Translations under genes and position numbers: made by a program
Source: an uncultured Thermoleophilia bacterium
GTDB lineage: Bacteria; Actinomycetota; Thermoleophilia; UBA2241
Direction: 5' to 3'
DNA: 64,000 bases
Assembly (NCBI GenBank): GCA_963702475.1
Contig: CAVPCT010000002.1
Span: 288,001 to 352,000 of the forward strand
In this document: piece after piece, positions 37,000 to 48,473 of the stretch
How the letters are laid out: each line of letters starts with the position of its first letter
Numbering within the stretch: position 1 is the stretch's first letter
The notes under the pieces: generated by a model
Databases searched by the model: none
The model's input: only the letters and a program-made list of their open reading frames with translations
What the model was told of the DNA's origin: nothing

Positions 37000-38388
37000 G
37001 TGAAGACGAAGGTCGAACCAGCAGCCGAGAACGAGGTCCTTCTCACCGTCGACGTCCCCGCCGAGGCGGTGAAGCGTGCCTACGACTTCGCCGTCGCCAA
37101 GGTACGCAGCGACCTCCAGCTTCCCGGCTTCCGCAAAGGTCGTGTGCCGGTGAGGATCGTGGAGCAGCAGGTCGGCATGGACTACCTGCGCGCCGAGGCG
37201 CTTGAGGACGCCATCCCCGAGTGGGGCGACCAGGCGCTTCGCGAGTCCGGGCTCTACGACGACGCCGTCGGCACGTCGGATCTCCAGGCCGGTCCCCTTG
37301 ACGAGAGCACGGAGTACAGCTTCACCCTCAAGGTCCAGACCCTTCCCGTGCCCGTTCTCGGTGAGTACAAAGGCCTCGAGGTGCCGAAGCGTGAGTTCGA
37401 AGTCACCGACGGCCAGGTCGACGCACAGCTCGCCATGCTGCAGGAGCGCCTCGCCAAGTTGCAGCCCGTGGAGGGTCGCGCCGTCCAGAAGGGCGACTTC
37501 GTGCTCATGGACTTCAGCGGCACGCACGACGGCGAGCCCATCGAGGGCGCCGACGGCGCCGACCAGGTGTACGAGATCGGCAGTGGCAACCTCATCCCCG
37601 GCTTCGAAGAGGCCGTCGAGGGCGTCATGAGCGGCGAGGAGAAGATCTTCGACATCACGTTCCCGGACGACTACCACGCCGAGCACCTGGCCGGACAGCC
37701 GGCCACCTTCACCGTCCAGGTCAAGGACATCAAGGAGAAGGTCGTCCCGGAGCTCGACGACGCCTTCGCGGTCGACGTGAGCGAGTTCGACACCCTCGAC
37801 GAGCTGCGCAGCGACGTGCGCGCCCGCCTCGAGGCGGCCGCCGAGGCCGGCGTGCGCCGCGAGTTCCGCGCCGCCGCCGTCGACAAGGCCGTCGAGAACG
37901 CCACCGTCAACGTGCCCTCCACGATGATCGACCGCGAAGCCCACCGCCTGTACCACGAGCTCGAGGAGAACGTGGGCGAGCGCGGCCTCACCATGGACGT
38001 GTACCTCGGCGTGCTCGAGAAGACGCCGGAGGACGTCGAAGAGGAGCTCCGGCCGCAGGCCGAGCACGTCATCAAGCGGCGCCTCGTGCTCGAGGCCATC
38101 GCCGAGGCCGAGGGCCTCGCGGTCGGCGACGACGAGATGCTCGAGATGATCAAGGCCGACGCTGCCGCGCTCCAGCGCGATCCGCTGCAGCTCATCGCCG
38201 ACCTGCGCGAATCGGGCAGGCAAGAGGCGGTCCGCGACGAAATGCTACTGGCCAAGACCGTCGACCTCGTGGCCGACGCGTCCGTGCCGGTGCCCCTGAC
38301 CGAAGAGGAAGAGGCCGCCGAAGAGGACGCCGCCGAGGCCGCCGAGGCCGCCGAGGAGGCCGGCGAAGCTGTGTCCACGGAGAGCTGA
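37000..38388 (+). CDS. tig: Trigger factor
   Basis: PGFRKGRVP ribosome-binding motif, FKBP domain LIPGFEE...FPDDYHA. Confidence 0.96.
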   Translation: MKTKVEPAAENEVLLTVDVPAEAVKRAYDFAVAKVRSDLQLPGFRKGRVPVRIVEQQVGMDYLRAEALEDAIPEWGDQALRESGLYDDAVGTSDLQAGPLDESTEYSFTLKVQTLPVPVLGEYKGLEVPKREFEVTDGQVDAQLAMLQERLAKLQPVEGRAVQKGDFVLMDFSGTHDGEPIEGADGADQVYEIGSGNLIPGFEEAVEGVMSGEEKIFDITFPDDYHAEHLAGQPATFTVQVKDIKEKVVPELDDAFAVDVSEFDTLDELRSDVRARLEAAAEAGVRREFRAAAVDKAVENATVNVPSTMIDREAHRLYHELEENVGERGLTMDVYLGVLEKTPEDVEEELRPQAEHVIKRRLVLEAIAEAEGLAVGDDEMLEMIKADAAALQRDPLQLIADLRESGRQEAVRDEMLLAKTVDLVADASVPVPLTEEEEAAEEDAAEAAEAAEEAGEAVSTES

Positions 38389-38442
38389 CGTTTCGTTGCG
38401 GGAAACAAGTACACGATATCAGCGAGCAAGAAGGGTGGTCCC

Positions 38443-39027
38443 TTGACACCACTGGTCCCGTTCGTGATCGAACAGACGAGCCGCGGTGAGCGCTCGTTCG
38501 ACATCTTCAGCCGGCTGCTCAACGAGCGCGTCATCTTCCTGGGCACGCCCATCAATGACGACGTCGCCAACCTCATCGTGGCTCAGCTGATCCACCTGGA
38601 GTCGGACGACCCCGACAAAGACATCAGCCTCTACATCAACAGCCCTGGCGGCGCGGTGTACGCGGGGCTGGCCATCTACGACACCATGCAGTTCATCAAG
38701 CCCGACGTGAGCACCATCTGCGTCGGGAGCGCCATGAGCATGGGGGCGCTGCTGCTCGCCGGCGGCGCCAAAGGCAAGCGCTTCGCGCTGCCCAACGCCC
38801 GCGTGCTCATCCACCAGGTGATGGGCGGCTACGAGGGTCAGGCGACCGACATCGAGATCCACGCTCGCGAGGTCATCAGTCTGCGCCAGCGCCTGGACGA
38901 GATCCTCTCCGAGCATACGGGCAAGGAAGTGGAGAAGGTGCGCACCGACACGGAGCGCGACTACTTCATGAGTGCGGCAGAAGCCCAGGACTACGGAATC
39001 ATCGACGACGTCATCGCCCACCGCTGA
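38443..39027 (+). CDS. clpP: ATP-dependent Clp protease proteolytic subunit
   Basis: [25 protein letters not shown]. Confidence 0.97.
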   Translation: MTPLVPFVIEQTSRGERSFDIFSRLLNERVIFLGTPINDDVANLIVAQLIHLESDDPDKDISLYINSPGGAVYAGLAIYDTMQFIKPDVSTICVGSAMSMGALLLAGGAKGKRFALPNARVLIHQVMGGYEGQATDIEIHAREVISLRQRLDEILSEHTGKEVEKVRTDTERDYFMSAAEAQDYGIIDDVIAHR

Positions 39028-39064
39028 GGCGGGTGCGAGGCTCACACGTGAGAAGGAGCTGAAC

Positions 39065-40316
<1,252 letters not shown>

Positions 40317-40336
<20 letters not shown>

Positions 40337-42833
40337 GGCGGGCTCCGCAGGGTCCGCAGACGACGGCGGCGTGGCCGCGCGCGGCGGCGAGGCGAAGCCG
40401 AGCCGAGCATCGCGCGGCGTCAAAAGGCCGTCCGTGACACCGGACACCGTGGCTCTGCCGCTCCTGCCCACACGGGAGCTGGTCGTCTTTCCCAAGATGG
40501 TCGCGCCCCTGTTCGTCGGGCGTGAGCGGTCCATCGTCGCCATCGAACAGGCGTTCGCCGCCAAGGGATCGCTCGTCCTGTGTGCCCAGCGCGACCCGTC
40601 GATCGAGGATCCGGACGTCGAGGACATGGGGCCGGTGGGCACCCGCGTCACGGTCCTGCAGCTGCTCAAGCTCCCGGACGGCAGCATCAAGGCCCTGGTG
40701 GAGGGTCACGAGCGGGTGCACATCGGGCGCTACACGGCCACGTCGCCGTGCTTCCTGGTCGAGGCCGAGCCTATCGCGCCGCGCGACCGCGCCCTGGGGC
40801 GCACGCGCTCTCTTGCGCGGCGTGTGGCCGCCGAGTTCACCACCTACGTGCAGCTGAACCCACAGCTCTCCGACGAAGTGCAGTACGTCGCCGGACAGAT
40901 CGACGACGCCGAGACGGTCGCCGACATCGTGGCGGCGCACCTGCAGATCGGCGCGGCCGAGAAGCAGGCGCTTCTGGAGACGGAGTCCACGCAGGAGCGC
41001 CTGCTCGCCCTGTTGGAGCTCGTGGCAGAGGAGAACGCGGTGCTCGGCCTCGAGCACGAGATCATGAGCAAGGTGCAGCACCGTATCGAGAGCGCCCAGC
41101 GCCAGCTGCTCCTGCACGAGAAGCTGCGTGTCATCCGCGACGAGATCGAGGAGGCCGGGGAGCTCGTGGACGACGACACGGTGCAGTACCACCGGCTGCT
41201 CGAGGAGACAGGTCTGTCGTCGGCCGCTCGCGCCCTCGTCCAGCGCGAGCTTCGCAAGCTCAAGCAGGCCTCGCCGATGAGCCCGGAGGTGGCCGTGATC
41301 CGCGGCCTCCTGGACACGCTCAGCGAGCTTCCCTGGGGCAGGCTCGCGCCGGCCGAGGTCGACGTGCCCGCGGTGGCCGCGCACCTGGAGCGCACGCACT
41401 ACGGCCTCAAGGATGTCAAGGACCGGATCCTCGAGTACCTTGCGGTGGTGCGCATGCGTGCCGAGGCGGGACGCTCCGGCAAGGCGGGCCCGTCGGTCGC
41501 CGACCAGCCGGCCACCATCCTGTGTCTGGCCGGCCCACCCGGCACCGGCAAGAGCAGCGTCGCGCAGAGCATCGCCGACGCACTCGGCCGTCCATTCATG
41601 CGCGTCGCGCTGGGTGGCGTGCGCGACGAGGCCGAGATCCGTGGGCATCGCCGCACGTACGTGGGGGCGATGCCGGGCCGCATCATCGATGGGCTCGCCA
41701 AGGCCGGTGTCGACAACCCGGTGATGCTGCTCGACGAGCTCGACAAGCTCGACAGCGACTGGCGCGGCAACCCCTCCGCGGCGCTCATGGAGGTCCTCGA
41801 CCCAGCCCACAACACGTCCTTCCGGGACAATTACCTGGAGTGTGAGTACGACCTCAGCCGCGTGTTCTTCATCGCCACGGCCAACGACGTCGACGCCATC
41901 CCCGGCACGCTGTACGACCGTCTGGAGGTCATCCACCTCAGTGGGTACACGCTGGCAGAGAAGCTGGCCATCGCGCGCCGCCACCTCGTGCCCCGTGTGG
42001 CGCGCGACACCGGCCTGCGCCGCGGCGACGTGCGCTTCGGCCGCGGCGCCCTCCAGGCCGTCGTCCGCGGCTACACGCGTGAGGCCGGCGTGCGCGAGCT
42101 GGAGCGCGCCCTGCGGCGCATCGACCGTAAGGCCGCGCGCGAGCATCTGGAGAAGGGTGCCGCGTTCCCGCTGGAGGTAGGTCCGGCCGACCTGCGCGGG
42201 TACCTGGGCGAAGCCCACTGGCTCGAGGCCGAACTGCGCCGCAAGGCGTGCGCGGGGGAGAGCCTCGGCCTCGCCTACACGTCCGACGGCGGCGAGGTGC
42301 TCGTGATCGAGGCCGCCGTCGCCCGCGGCCGCGGCGAGCTGGTGCTCACCGGCCAGCTCGGCGACGTGATGCAGGAGTCCGCGTCCGCAGCCTGGGGCTA
42401 CCTGCTCGGGCACATGGAGCGCGACCCTGCGCTGCAGCCGCTTCTCAGGCGGTCGCCATACCTGACCAGGGAGGGCCTGGATCTCGCCTCCCAGGACGTA
42501 CGCGTACACGTGCCCGAGGGCGCCGTCCCCAAGGACGGCCCTTCCGCCGGCATGGCTCTCGCCGTGGCGATGCTGTCTGCGCTGACCGGCGCGCGCATCA
42601 GGCCCCGCGTGGCGATGACCGGCGAGATCACCCTGAGCGGGCGCATCCTTCGCATAGGCGGCCTCAAGGAGAAGCTCCTTGCAGCCGGCCGGTCCGGCGT
42701 ACGCACCGTCGTGTTGCCCGAGGCGAACCGTGGCACCGTGGCCGAGTTGCCGGCCGAGATCGTGGGTGGCCTGGAGCTCGTGTACATCACGGAGTTCCCC
42801 CAGGCGCTTCCCCACGTCCTCGCCCGCCGCTGA
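40317..42833 (+). CDS. lon: Lon protease
   Basis: LON N domain, [35 protein letters not shown]; start could be GTG 40434. Confidence 0.95.
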
Positions 42834-42905
42834 TAGGCTTGTCGACGTCGCGGGTACCATCCCGCGTGACGGTCCCTGTCATCTTGTCGTGAGGAGCGCG
42901 GCACC

Positions 42906-43103
42906 ATGGGTGAAGAGCACAACCATCAGACGCCCGGTTCCATCGAGGAGCCCGGCGTGGACGCGGCCACGGGAAAGCTCGAGGTGACCTGTTCGGCCTG
43001 CGGCACCACGGTCGAGGGGTCAGACGAGTTCTGCCAGGTATGCGCCATCGAGGCCAGCGGCGGCGAGCTGCCGCCGGAGGACGAGGGCGCAGCCAAGGAG
43101 TGA
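42906..43103 (+). CDS. Small zinc-ribbon protein
   Basis: CSAC...CQVC, GAGGAG RBS, 65 aa. Confidence 0.6.
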   Translation: MGEEHNHQTPGSIEEPGVDAATGKLEVTCSACGTTVEGSDEFCQVCAIEASGGELPPEDEGAAKE

Positions 43104-43138
43104 CCCGGCGGCCGCAGGGCCGGACCGCGGCAGAGTCA

Positions 43139-43177
43139 CGAGGGGCTGCGACGCGCACCGCGCGTCGCAGCCCCTCG
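43139..43177. terminator. Perfect hairpin between convergent genes
   Basis: 18-bp stem cgaggggctgcgacgcgc / gcgcgtcgcagcccctcg, 3-nt loop. Confidence 0.75.
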
Positions 43178-43233
43178 ATGCGTTCAGGTCACGGTCGGGC
43201 GATGACCGGTGACCGGCGCACCTGCGCCGAGGC

Positions 43234-43359
43234 TCGTTGAGCCCGCTGCGTCGCTCAGTGACGAGTGCCTCTGCGGCGCACCCGTCGTTGAACCCGCTGC
43301 GTCGCTCAGTGACGAGTGCCTCTGCGGCGCACCCGTCGTTGAGCCCGCTTCGTCGCTCA
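43234..43359. repeat. 51-bp tandem repeat, about 2.5 copies
   Basis: Units start at 43234, 43285 and 43336 (tcgttgagcccgctgcgtcgctcagtgacgagtgcctctgcggcgcacccg). Confidence 0.92.
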
Positions 43360-43923
43360 ATCGGACTGCTCGTCGGCCGGCGTGTCGTCCTGCTCGGCGA
43401 GGGCCGCGTGCATCTTCTCGATGCGGTCGCGCGGCCCCATCCAGCGCCTCGGCTTGTCGGGGTCGGCCTCGGTCCAGGCGCGGGTGGCCCTCGTCGGCAC
43501 CACCTCTCGGGCGGCGTCGCGGTCGACCATCGCCAGGACGCGCTCGGCACTGCCGGCAAGCAGGACCCGACGTGCGTAGCCGTTCGAGACGATGCGTCCG
43601 GTCATGGCCGCTGCCTGGTCCGCCCACGCCTGTGCGTACCGCAGCATGGCCTCGGCGAGTTCGGCACGCGCCTCTTCCAGCGTGGCGCCGGCGGCGTGGA
43701 GCCCGATCTCGGGGAGCCAGAGCTCGGTGTCGCCCTCATCGGTGACGGTCGCCGTCGGCCGGAACGGATAGGAGCCGCCGAGCAGGTCGTTGAGCTCGCT
43801 CACTTCCGCGAGGACCGCCTCTGTGCGACCCTGACGGCCGATCAGCTGCCAATCGCCGCGCATGGTGCCGTCGAACACCGTCTGGAAGTGCCTCCCGGCT
43901 TCGCCGGTCTCCCACGTCTCCAC
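43357..43923 (-). CDS. Phd-like/HicB-like antitoxin-type protein
   Basis: N-terminal ETGEAGRHFQTVFD...LIGR, then ELWLPEIGLHAAGATLEEARAELAEAMLRYAQAW; GAGGTGA RBS. Confidence 0.6.
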   Translation of the reverse strand: METWETGEAGRHFQTVFDGTMRGDWQLIGRQGRTEAVLAEVSELNDLLGGSYPFRPTATVTDEGDTELWLPEIGLHAAGATLEEARAELAEAMLRYAQAWADQAAAMTGRIVSNGYARRVLLAGSAERVLAMVDRDAAREVVPTRATRAWTEADPDKPRRWMGPRDRIEKMHAALAEQDDTPADEQSD

Positions 43924-44176
43924 TTGCTCACCTCGTGTGGCTGGGGTCGCCGGGCTCGCGTGCCCGGCGCGGGTGTGCGAGGCAGTCTACACCGGACCTG
44001 AGGGCGACGGCCCGGGCCGGCGTGACCGGCGCCCGGGCCCGCGGCCGGCAGGCCCGGGCGGCCTCGGCAGCCACGGGCTCATCCCGGTATACTGGCGCGT
44101 GGCCGCGAGCCGCCTGCGGCGCGCGGCCCAGACTGGCGGGCGCGTGGCGCCCGCGTCACCAGACCGCCGAGGCCCC

Positions 44177-46870
44177 ATGAGCGACCACCGAGACAACGTC
44201 ACGCCCCCGGCCGGCGGGGCCGCCGCCCTCCCGCCGCGCGGGGCCGAGTACCTGCGGGAGACCACCCGCTTCGAGCCGGCCGCCGTCGAAGGGCGCTGGA
44301 TGGACGAGTGGCTCGGCGAGCACCTCTTCCACGCCGAGCCCGATCCGGAGCGGCAGCCGTACTCGATCGTCATCCCCCCGCCCAACGTCACCGGCAACCT
44401 GCACATGGGGCACGCCCTCAACGGCACGATCCAGGACGTCCTCACGCGGTACCACCGCATGCTCGGCGAGAACGCCTGCTGGCTGCTGGGCACCGACCAC
44501 GCCGGCATCGCCACCCAGAACGTGGTCGAGAAGCTCCTGCGCACGGAGGGCCTCACCAAGGAGGACCTGGGTCGCGAGGAGTTCGCCAGGCGGGTGTGGG
44601 CGTGGCGCAAGGAGTACGGCGGCAACATCGTCCGCCAGCTCAAGAGCCTCGGCTGCTCGTGCGACTACGAGCGCGAGCGCTTCACCTTCGACGAGGGCTA
44701 CGTGCGCGCCGTCACCCGCGTGTTCGTAGCGCTCTACGAGAAGGGCTACATCTACAAGGACCACTACCTCGTGAACTGGTGCCCGCGCTGCGGTACGGCC
44801 ATCAGCGACCTGGAGGTGGCCTACAAGGATATGCCCGGCACGCTCAACCACATCCGCTACCCGGTGGACGGGGGCGGGTCGGTCACCATCGCCACGACCC
44901 GCCCGGAGACCATGCTCGGCGACACCGCCGTGGCGGTCCATCCCGACGACGAGCGCTACAAGGACCTGGTCGGCAAGACGGCGAGACTGCCGCTGCTGGA
45001 CCGCGAGCTGAAGATCGTGGCCGACGAGCGCGTCGACCCCGCGTTCGGCACCGGCGCCCTCAAGATCACGCCGGCGCACGACCTCACCGACTTCGACATC
45101 GGCCGCACCCACGGGCTGGAGACCGTCCAGGCTATCGGCCAGGACGGCCGCATCACCGAGGCCGGCGGCCCATACGCCGGGCTCGAGGTCGAGGAGGCCG
45201 CCGAGCGCGTGGTCGCCGACCTGCGCGCGCTCGGCGCTCTCGAGAAGGTCGAGGACTACCCGCACAGCGTCGCCACCTGCGACCGCTGCGGCACGCCCAT
45301 CGAGCCGCTCATCAGCGAGCAGTGGTTCATGCGCATGGACGAGCTCAAGGAGCCGGCCACCGACGTCGTGCGCGACGGCAGGGTCGTCTTCACGCCCGAG
45401 CGCTGGGGCCGCGTCTACATCGACTGGATGGAGAACCTGCGTCCGTGGTGCATCAGCCGCCAGCTGTGGTGGGGACACCAGCTTCCCGTGTGGTACTGCG
45501 AGAACGAGGCCTGCCGCGAGACGATCGTCGCGGAGGTCGAGCCCGCCGCCTGCCCGCACTGCGGCGGCACGGGCCTGCGCCGCGAGACCGACGTGCTCGA
45601 TACGTGGTTCAGCTCGGCGCTGTGGCCGTTCGCCACGTGGGGCTGGCCGGACGAGACAGCCGACCTGGCCTACTTCTACCCGACCAACCTGCTGAGCACG
45701 GCGCGCGAGATCATCTTCCTGTGGGTCGCGCGCATGGTGATGATGGGTCTGGAGTTCATGCACGACATCCCGTTCAGCGATGTCTACATCCACTCCGTCA
45801 TCCAGGCGCCCGACGGACGACGCATGAGCAAGAGCCTGGGTACCGGCATCGACCCGCTGGAGATGATCGACAAGTACGGCGCCGACGCCACGCGCTTCGC
45901 TCTCCTCCTCATGAGCAGCACGCAGGACGTGCGCTTCAGCGAGGAGAAGATCGTCATGGGCCGCAGCTTCGCCAACAAGCTGTGGAACGCGTCGCGGCTC
46001 GTGCTTCTGGCGAGCGAGGGGTACCAGGCGGCGCGCAGCGACGCCTCGCAGGTGGACCGCTGGATCACGAGTCGCTTCCAGCGGTGCCTGTACGAGGTCG
46101 AGCGCGCGGTGACGCGGTACGACTTCGCCGACGCCGTCGACACGCTGTACCACTTCGTGTGGGACGAGCTCTGCGACTGGTACCTGGAGCTCGTCAAGGT
46201 GCGCCTGTACGGCGAGGACGAGCGGCAGAAGGCGCAGGCCGCCGGGCACGCGCGCTGGATCCTCAGCCAGGTGGTGCGCCTGCTGCACCCGTTCTTGCCC
46301 TTCGTGACCGAGGAGGTCGCGGCGCAGTACGGCGAGGCGCCCCTGCTGAACCAGGACCACCCGCTGCACGACGAGGCCCTGCTCTCCCCGGCAGACGAGG
46401 CGGCCGTCGGCGAGCTGCAGGCCGTGGTCGACGCCCTCCGGCGGTTCCGGGCCGACGCCCAGGTACCTCCCGGCAAGGTTCTTGCGGCCGTGTTCGTCGA
46501 AGAGGCGGGGCACGGCGTGCCCGGTGCAGCCGAGAGGTACGCGCCGTACGCCGGCGCCTTCCGCGCCCTCGCCAGGACCGAGGTCGGCTTCGAGGGCGAC
46601 CCCGAGGCCGGTGCCACGGTCGTGCTGGTGCCCGGCGGCCGGCTCGAAGTGGCTGTCGCCGTGGACAGGGCAGAGGAGATCACCCGCCTGGAGCAGCAGC
46701 TCGCCAAGGTCGAGGCCGAGGTCAGGCGCGGCGAGGCGAAGCTGGCCAATGAGGGCTTCACGGGGCGTGCGCCGGAGGCGGTCGTGCTGAAGGAGCGCGA
46801 GAAGCTCGCGGGGTATGTCGCGGACCGTGACGAGCTCGCGGCCCGGCTCACCGCGTTGCGGGATGGCTGA
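44177..46870 (+). CDS. valS: Valine--tRNA ligase
   Basis: PPPNVTGNLHMGH, DHAGIATQ, TTRPET, WCISRQLWWGH, RMSKS, C-terminal coiled coil. Confidence 0.97.
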   Translation: MSDHRDNVTPPAGGAAALPPRGAEYLRETTRFEPAAVEGRWMDEWLGEHLFHAEPDPERQPYSIVIPPPNVTGNLHMGHALNGTIQDVLTRYHRMLGENACWLLGTDHAGIATQNVVEKLLRTEGLTKEDLGREEFARRVWAWRKEYGGNIVRQLKSLGCSCDYERERFTFDEGYVRAVTRVFVALYEKGYIYKDHYLVNWCPRCGTAISDLEVAYKDMPGTLNHIRYPVDGGGSVTIATTRPETMLGDTAVAVHPDDERYKDLVGKTARLPLLDRELKIVADERVDPAFGTGALKITPAHDLTDFDIGRTHGLETVQAIGQDGRITEAGGPYAGLEVEEAAERVVADLRALGALEKVEDYPHSVATCDRCGTPIEPLISEQWFMRMDELKEPATDVVRDGRVVFTPERWGRVYIDWMENLRPWCISRQLWWGHQLPVWYCENEACRETIVAEVEPAACPHCGGTGLRRETDVLDTWFSSALWPFATWGWPDETADLAYFYPTNLLSTAREIIFLWVARMVMMGLEFMHDIPFSDVYIHSVIQAPDGRRMSKSLGTGIDPLEMIDKYGADATRFALLLMSSTQDVRFSEEKIVMGRSFANKLWNASRLVLLASEGYQAARSDASQVDRWITSRFQRCLYEVERAVTRYDFADAVDTLYHFVWDELCDWYLELVKVRLYGEDERQKAQAAGHARWILSQVVRLLHPFLPFVTEEVAAQYGEAPLLNQDHPLHDEALLSPADEAAVGELQAVVDALRRFRADAQVPPGKVLAAVFVEEAGHGVPGAAERYAPYAGAFRALARTEVGFEGDPEAGATVVLVPGGRLEVAVAVDRAEEITRLEQQLAKVEAEVRRGEAKLANEGFTGRAPEAVVLKEREKLAGYVADRDELAARLTALRDG

Positions 46871-48227
46871 CGCGGACCGGGTGCTCCAGCCCTCCGTCAC
46901 GGCCGGCTCGGGCGGTGCCGACTGGTCCGCCTACCTCGAGTCCCTGGCCGTGTTCGGCATGCGGCCGGGGCTCGAGCGCGTCGCTGAGCTGCTCGAGCGC
47001 CTCGGCCGTCCACAGGACGCCTACCGCGTCGTCCACATCGTGGGGACGAACGGCAAGTCATCGACGACGCGGTACTGCGAAGCGCTGCTTCGCGCCCACG
47101 GGCTGCGCTCGGGCGCGTACCTCTCGCCTCATATCTCCGGCTGGGCGGAGCGTGTCGTGATCGGCGGTCGTCCGGTGGACGCCGACCTCTTCGGCGGGTG
47201 CGTGGAGCGGGTGCGCGGACTGGTCCCCGGCCTGCCCGGGGACCTCGGCGAGACCACCCAGTTCGAGGTCCTCACCGTCGCCGCGCTGCTCGCCTTCGCG
47301 GAGAGTGGGGTGGAGGCGGTCGCTCTCGAGGCCGGTCTGGGCGGACGCCTCGACGCCACGAACGTCATCGCGGCGCCGGTCGTGGTGCTCACCAACATCG
47401 CCCTCGAGCACACCGAGGTGCTCGGCGGCACGCGCCAGCTGATCTTCGCCGAGAAGGCCGCCGTCATCAAAGGCGGGGACGCCGTCTTCGGGCCGCTCGA
47501 CGGTCTCGAGGGGGAGGCGCGCCGGGTGTGCTCGGCCGCCGGCGCGAGGCCGCACTTCCTGCGGCCGTCGGCGTCCGCGCTCGCGCCCGGCGACCTGGCC
47601 GTCGACGGCTCGCCGAACGACTTCGTCGTCACCCTGCGGGGTGGCGGTCAGGTGGAGGAGTATGCCGGCCTCAGAGTGCCGACGCCGGCGGTGTATCAAC
47701 TCGAGAACGCGGCGCTCGCCACAGCGGCCGTCCGCCTGCTGCTCGGCCGCCTTGACGCGCGGTCCACGCGCGACGCGCTGGCCGGCACGCCGGTGCCCGG
47801 CCGCCTCCAGAAGGTCGCCGAGCGACCCCTCGTGCTCGCAGACGGCGCTCACAACCCCGAAGGCGTACGTGTGCTGGCGCAGAGCCTGGCGGCGGTGCAG
47901 GTGCCGCGGCCATGCATCGGCGTGCTCGCGATCATGCGTGACAAGGACTACGGCGCCATGCTGCGGCGGTTCCTGCCGCTGCTCGACGAGGTCGTCTGTA
48001 CGCGTGCGCGTGAGCCGCGCAGCCTCACGGCCGAGGAGCTGGCCGCCGCGCTGCGCGCGGCGGCACGGGACGTCGGCCGTGACGAGCCACCCGTGCACGT
48101 GGTCTCCGACCCTCACGCGGCGCTGGCCCGCGCGAAGGAACGTGCGGGCGCGGACGGCGCCGTGCTCATCGGCGGCTCGCTCTACCTGCTCGAGGACCTC
48201 GGCGACGTCGTGACCCAGGCGTCCTGA
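46863..48227 (+). CDS. folC: Folylpolyglutamate synthase/dihydrofolate synthase
   Basis: GTNGKSS, SPH, EAGLGGRLDATN, DGAHN, GSLY. Confidence 0.93.
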   Translation: MADADRVLQPSVTAGSGGADWSAYLESLAVFGMRPGLERVAELLERLGRPQDAYRVVHIVGTNGKSSTTRYCEALLRAHGLRSGAYLSPHISGWAERVVIGGRPVDADLFGGCVERVRGLVPGLPGDLGETTQFEVLTVAALLAFAESGVEAVALEAGLGGRLDATNVIAAPVVVLTNIALEHTEVLGGTRQLIFAEKAAVIKGGDAVFGPLDGLEGEARRVCSAAGARPHFLRPSASALAPGDLAVDGSPNDFVVTLRGGGQVEEYAGLRVPTPAVYQLENAALATAAVRLLLGRLDARSTRDALAGTPVPGRLQKVAERPLVLADGAHNPEGVRVLAQSLAAVQVPRPCIGVLAIMRDKDYGAMLRRFLPLLDEVVCTRAREPRSLTAEELAAALRAAARDVGRDEPPVHVVSDPHAALARAKERAGADGAVLIGGSLYLLEDLGDVVTQAS

Positions 48228-48282
48228 GCCGGCTCCCCGCGGGGCCGGTCGGATATACTCACCCAAACTCGTGGAGGGTGGC

Positions 48283-48429
48283 ATGGCACAGAAGAAGGCG
48301 CACCCGGCGGTGCGGTTCCTGGTGGCGTTCCTCATCGTCATCGCCGTGGCGTTCGTCGCCTTTTTCGTCGGCTATCTGCTGGGTATGCGCCTCGCCGTCG
48401 TGCCCGTCTCGGTCCTGACCCTGCTGTAG
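48283..48429 (+). CDS. 48-aa small membrane protein
   Basis: MAQKKAHPAVRFLVAFLIVIAVAFVAFFVGYLLGMRLAVVPVSVLTLL*; GGAGGG RBS and TATACT at 48254; too short for the ORF track. Confidence 0.6.
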   Translation: MAQKKAHPAVRFLVAFLIVIAVAFVAFFVGYLLGMRLAVVPVSVLTLL

Positions 48430-48473
48430 GCGGCGCGAGCGCCTGCTGCGCCGGCCTGAGAGCGGAGGTCTCC

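Noticed and set aside
43234-43359. CRISPR array
   Set aside because: Units are whole tandem duplicates with no unique spacers, and there are no cas genes.
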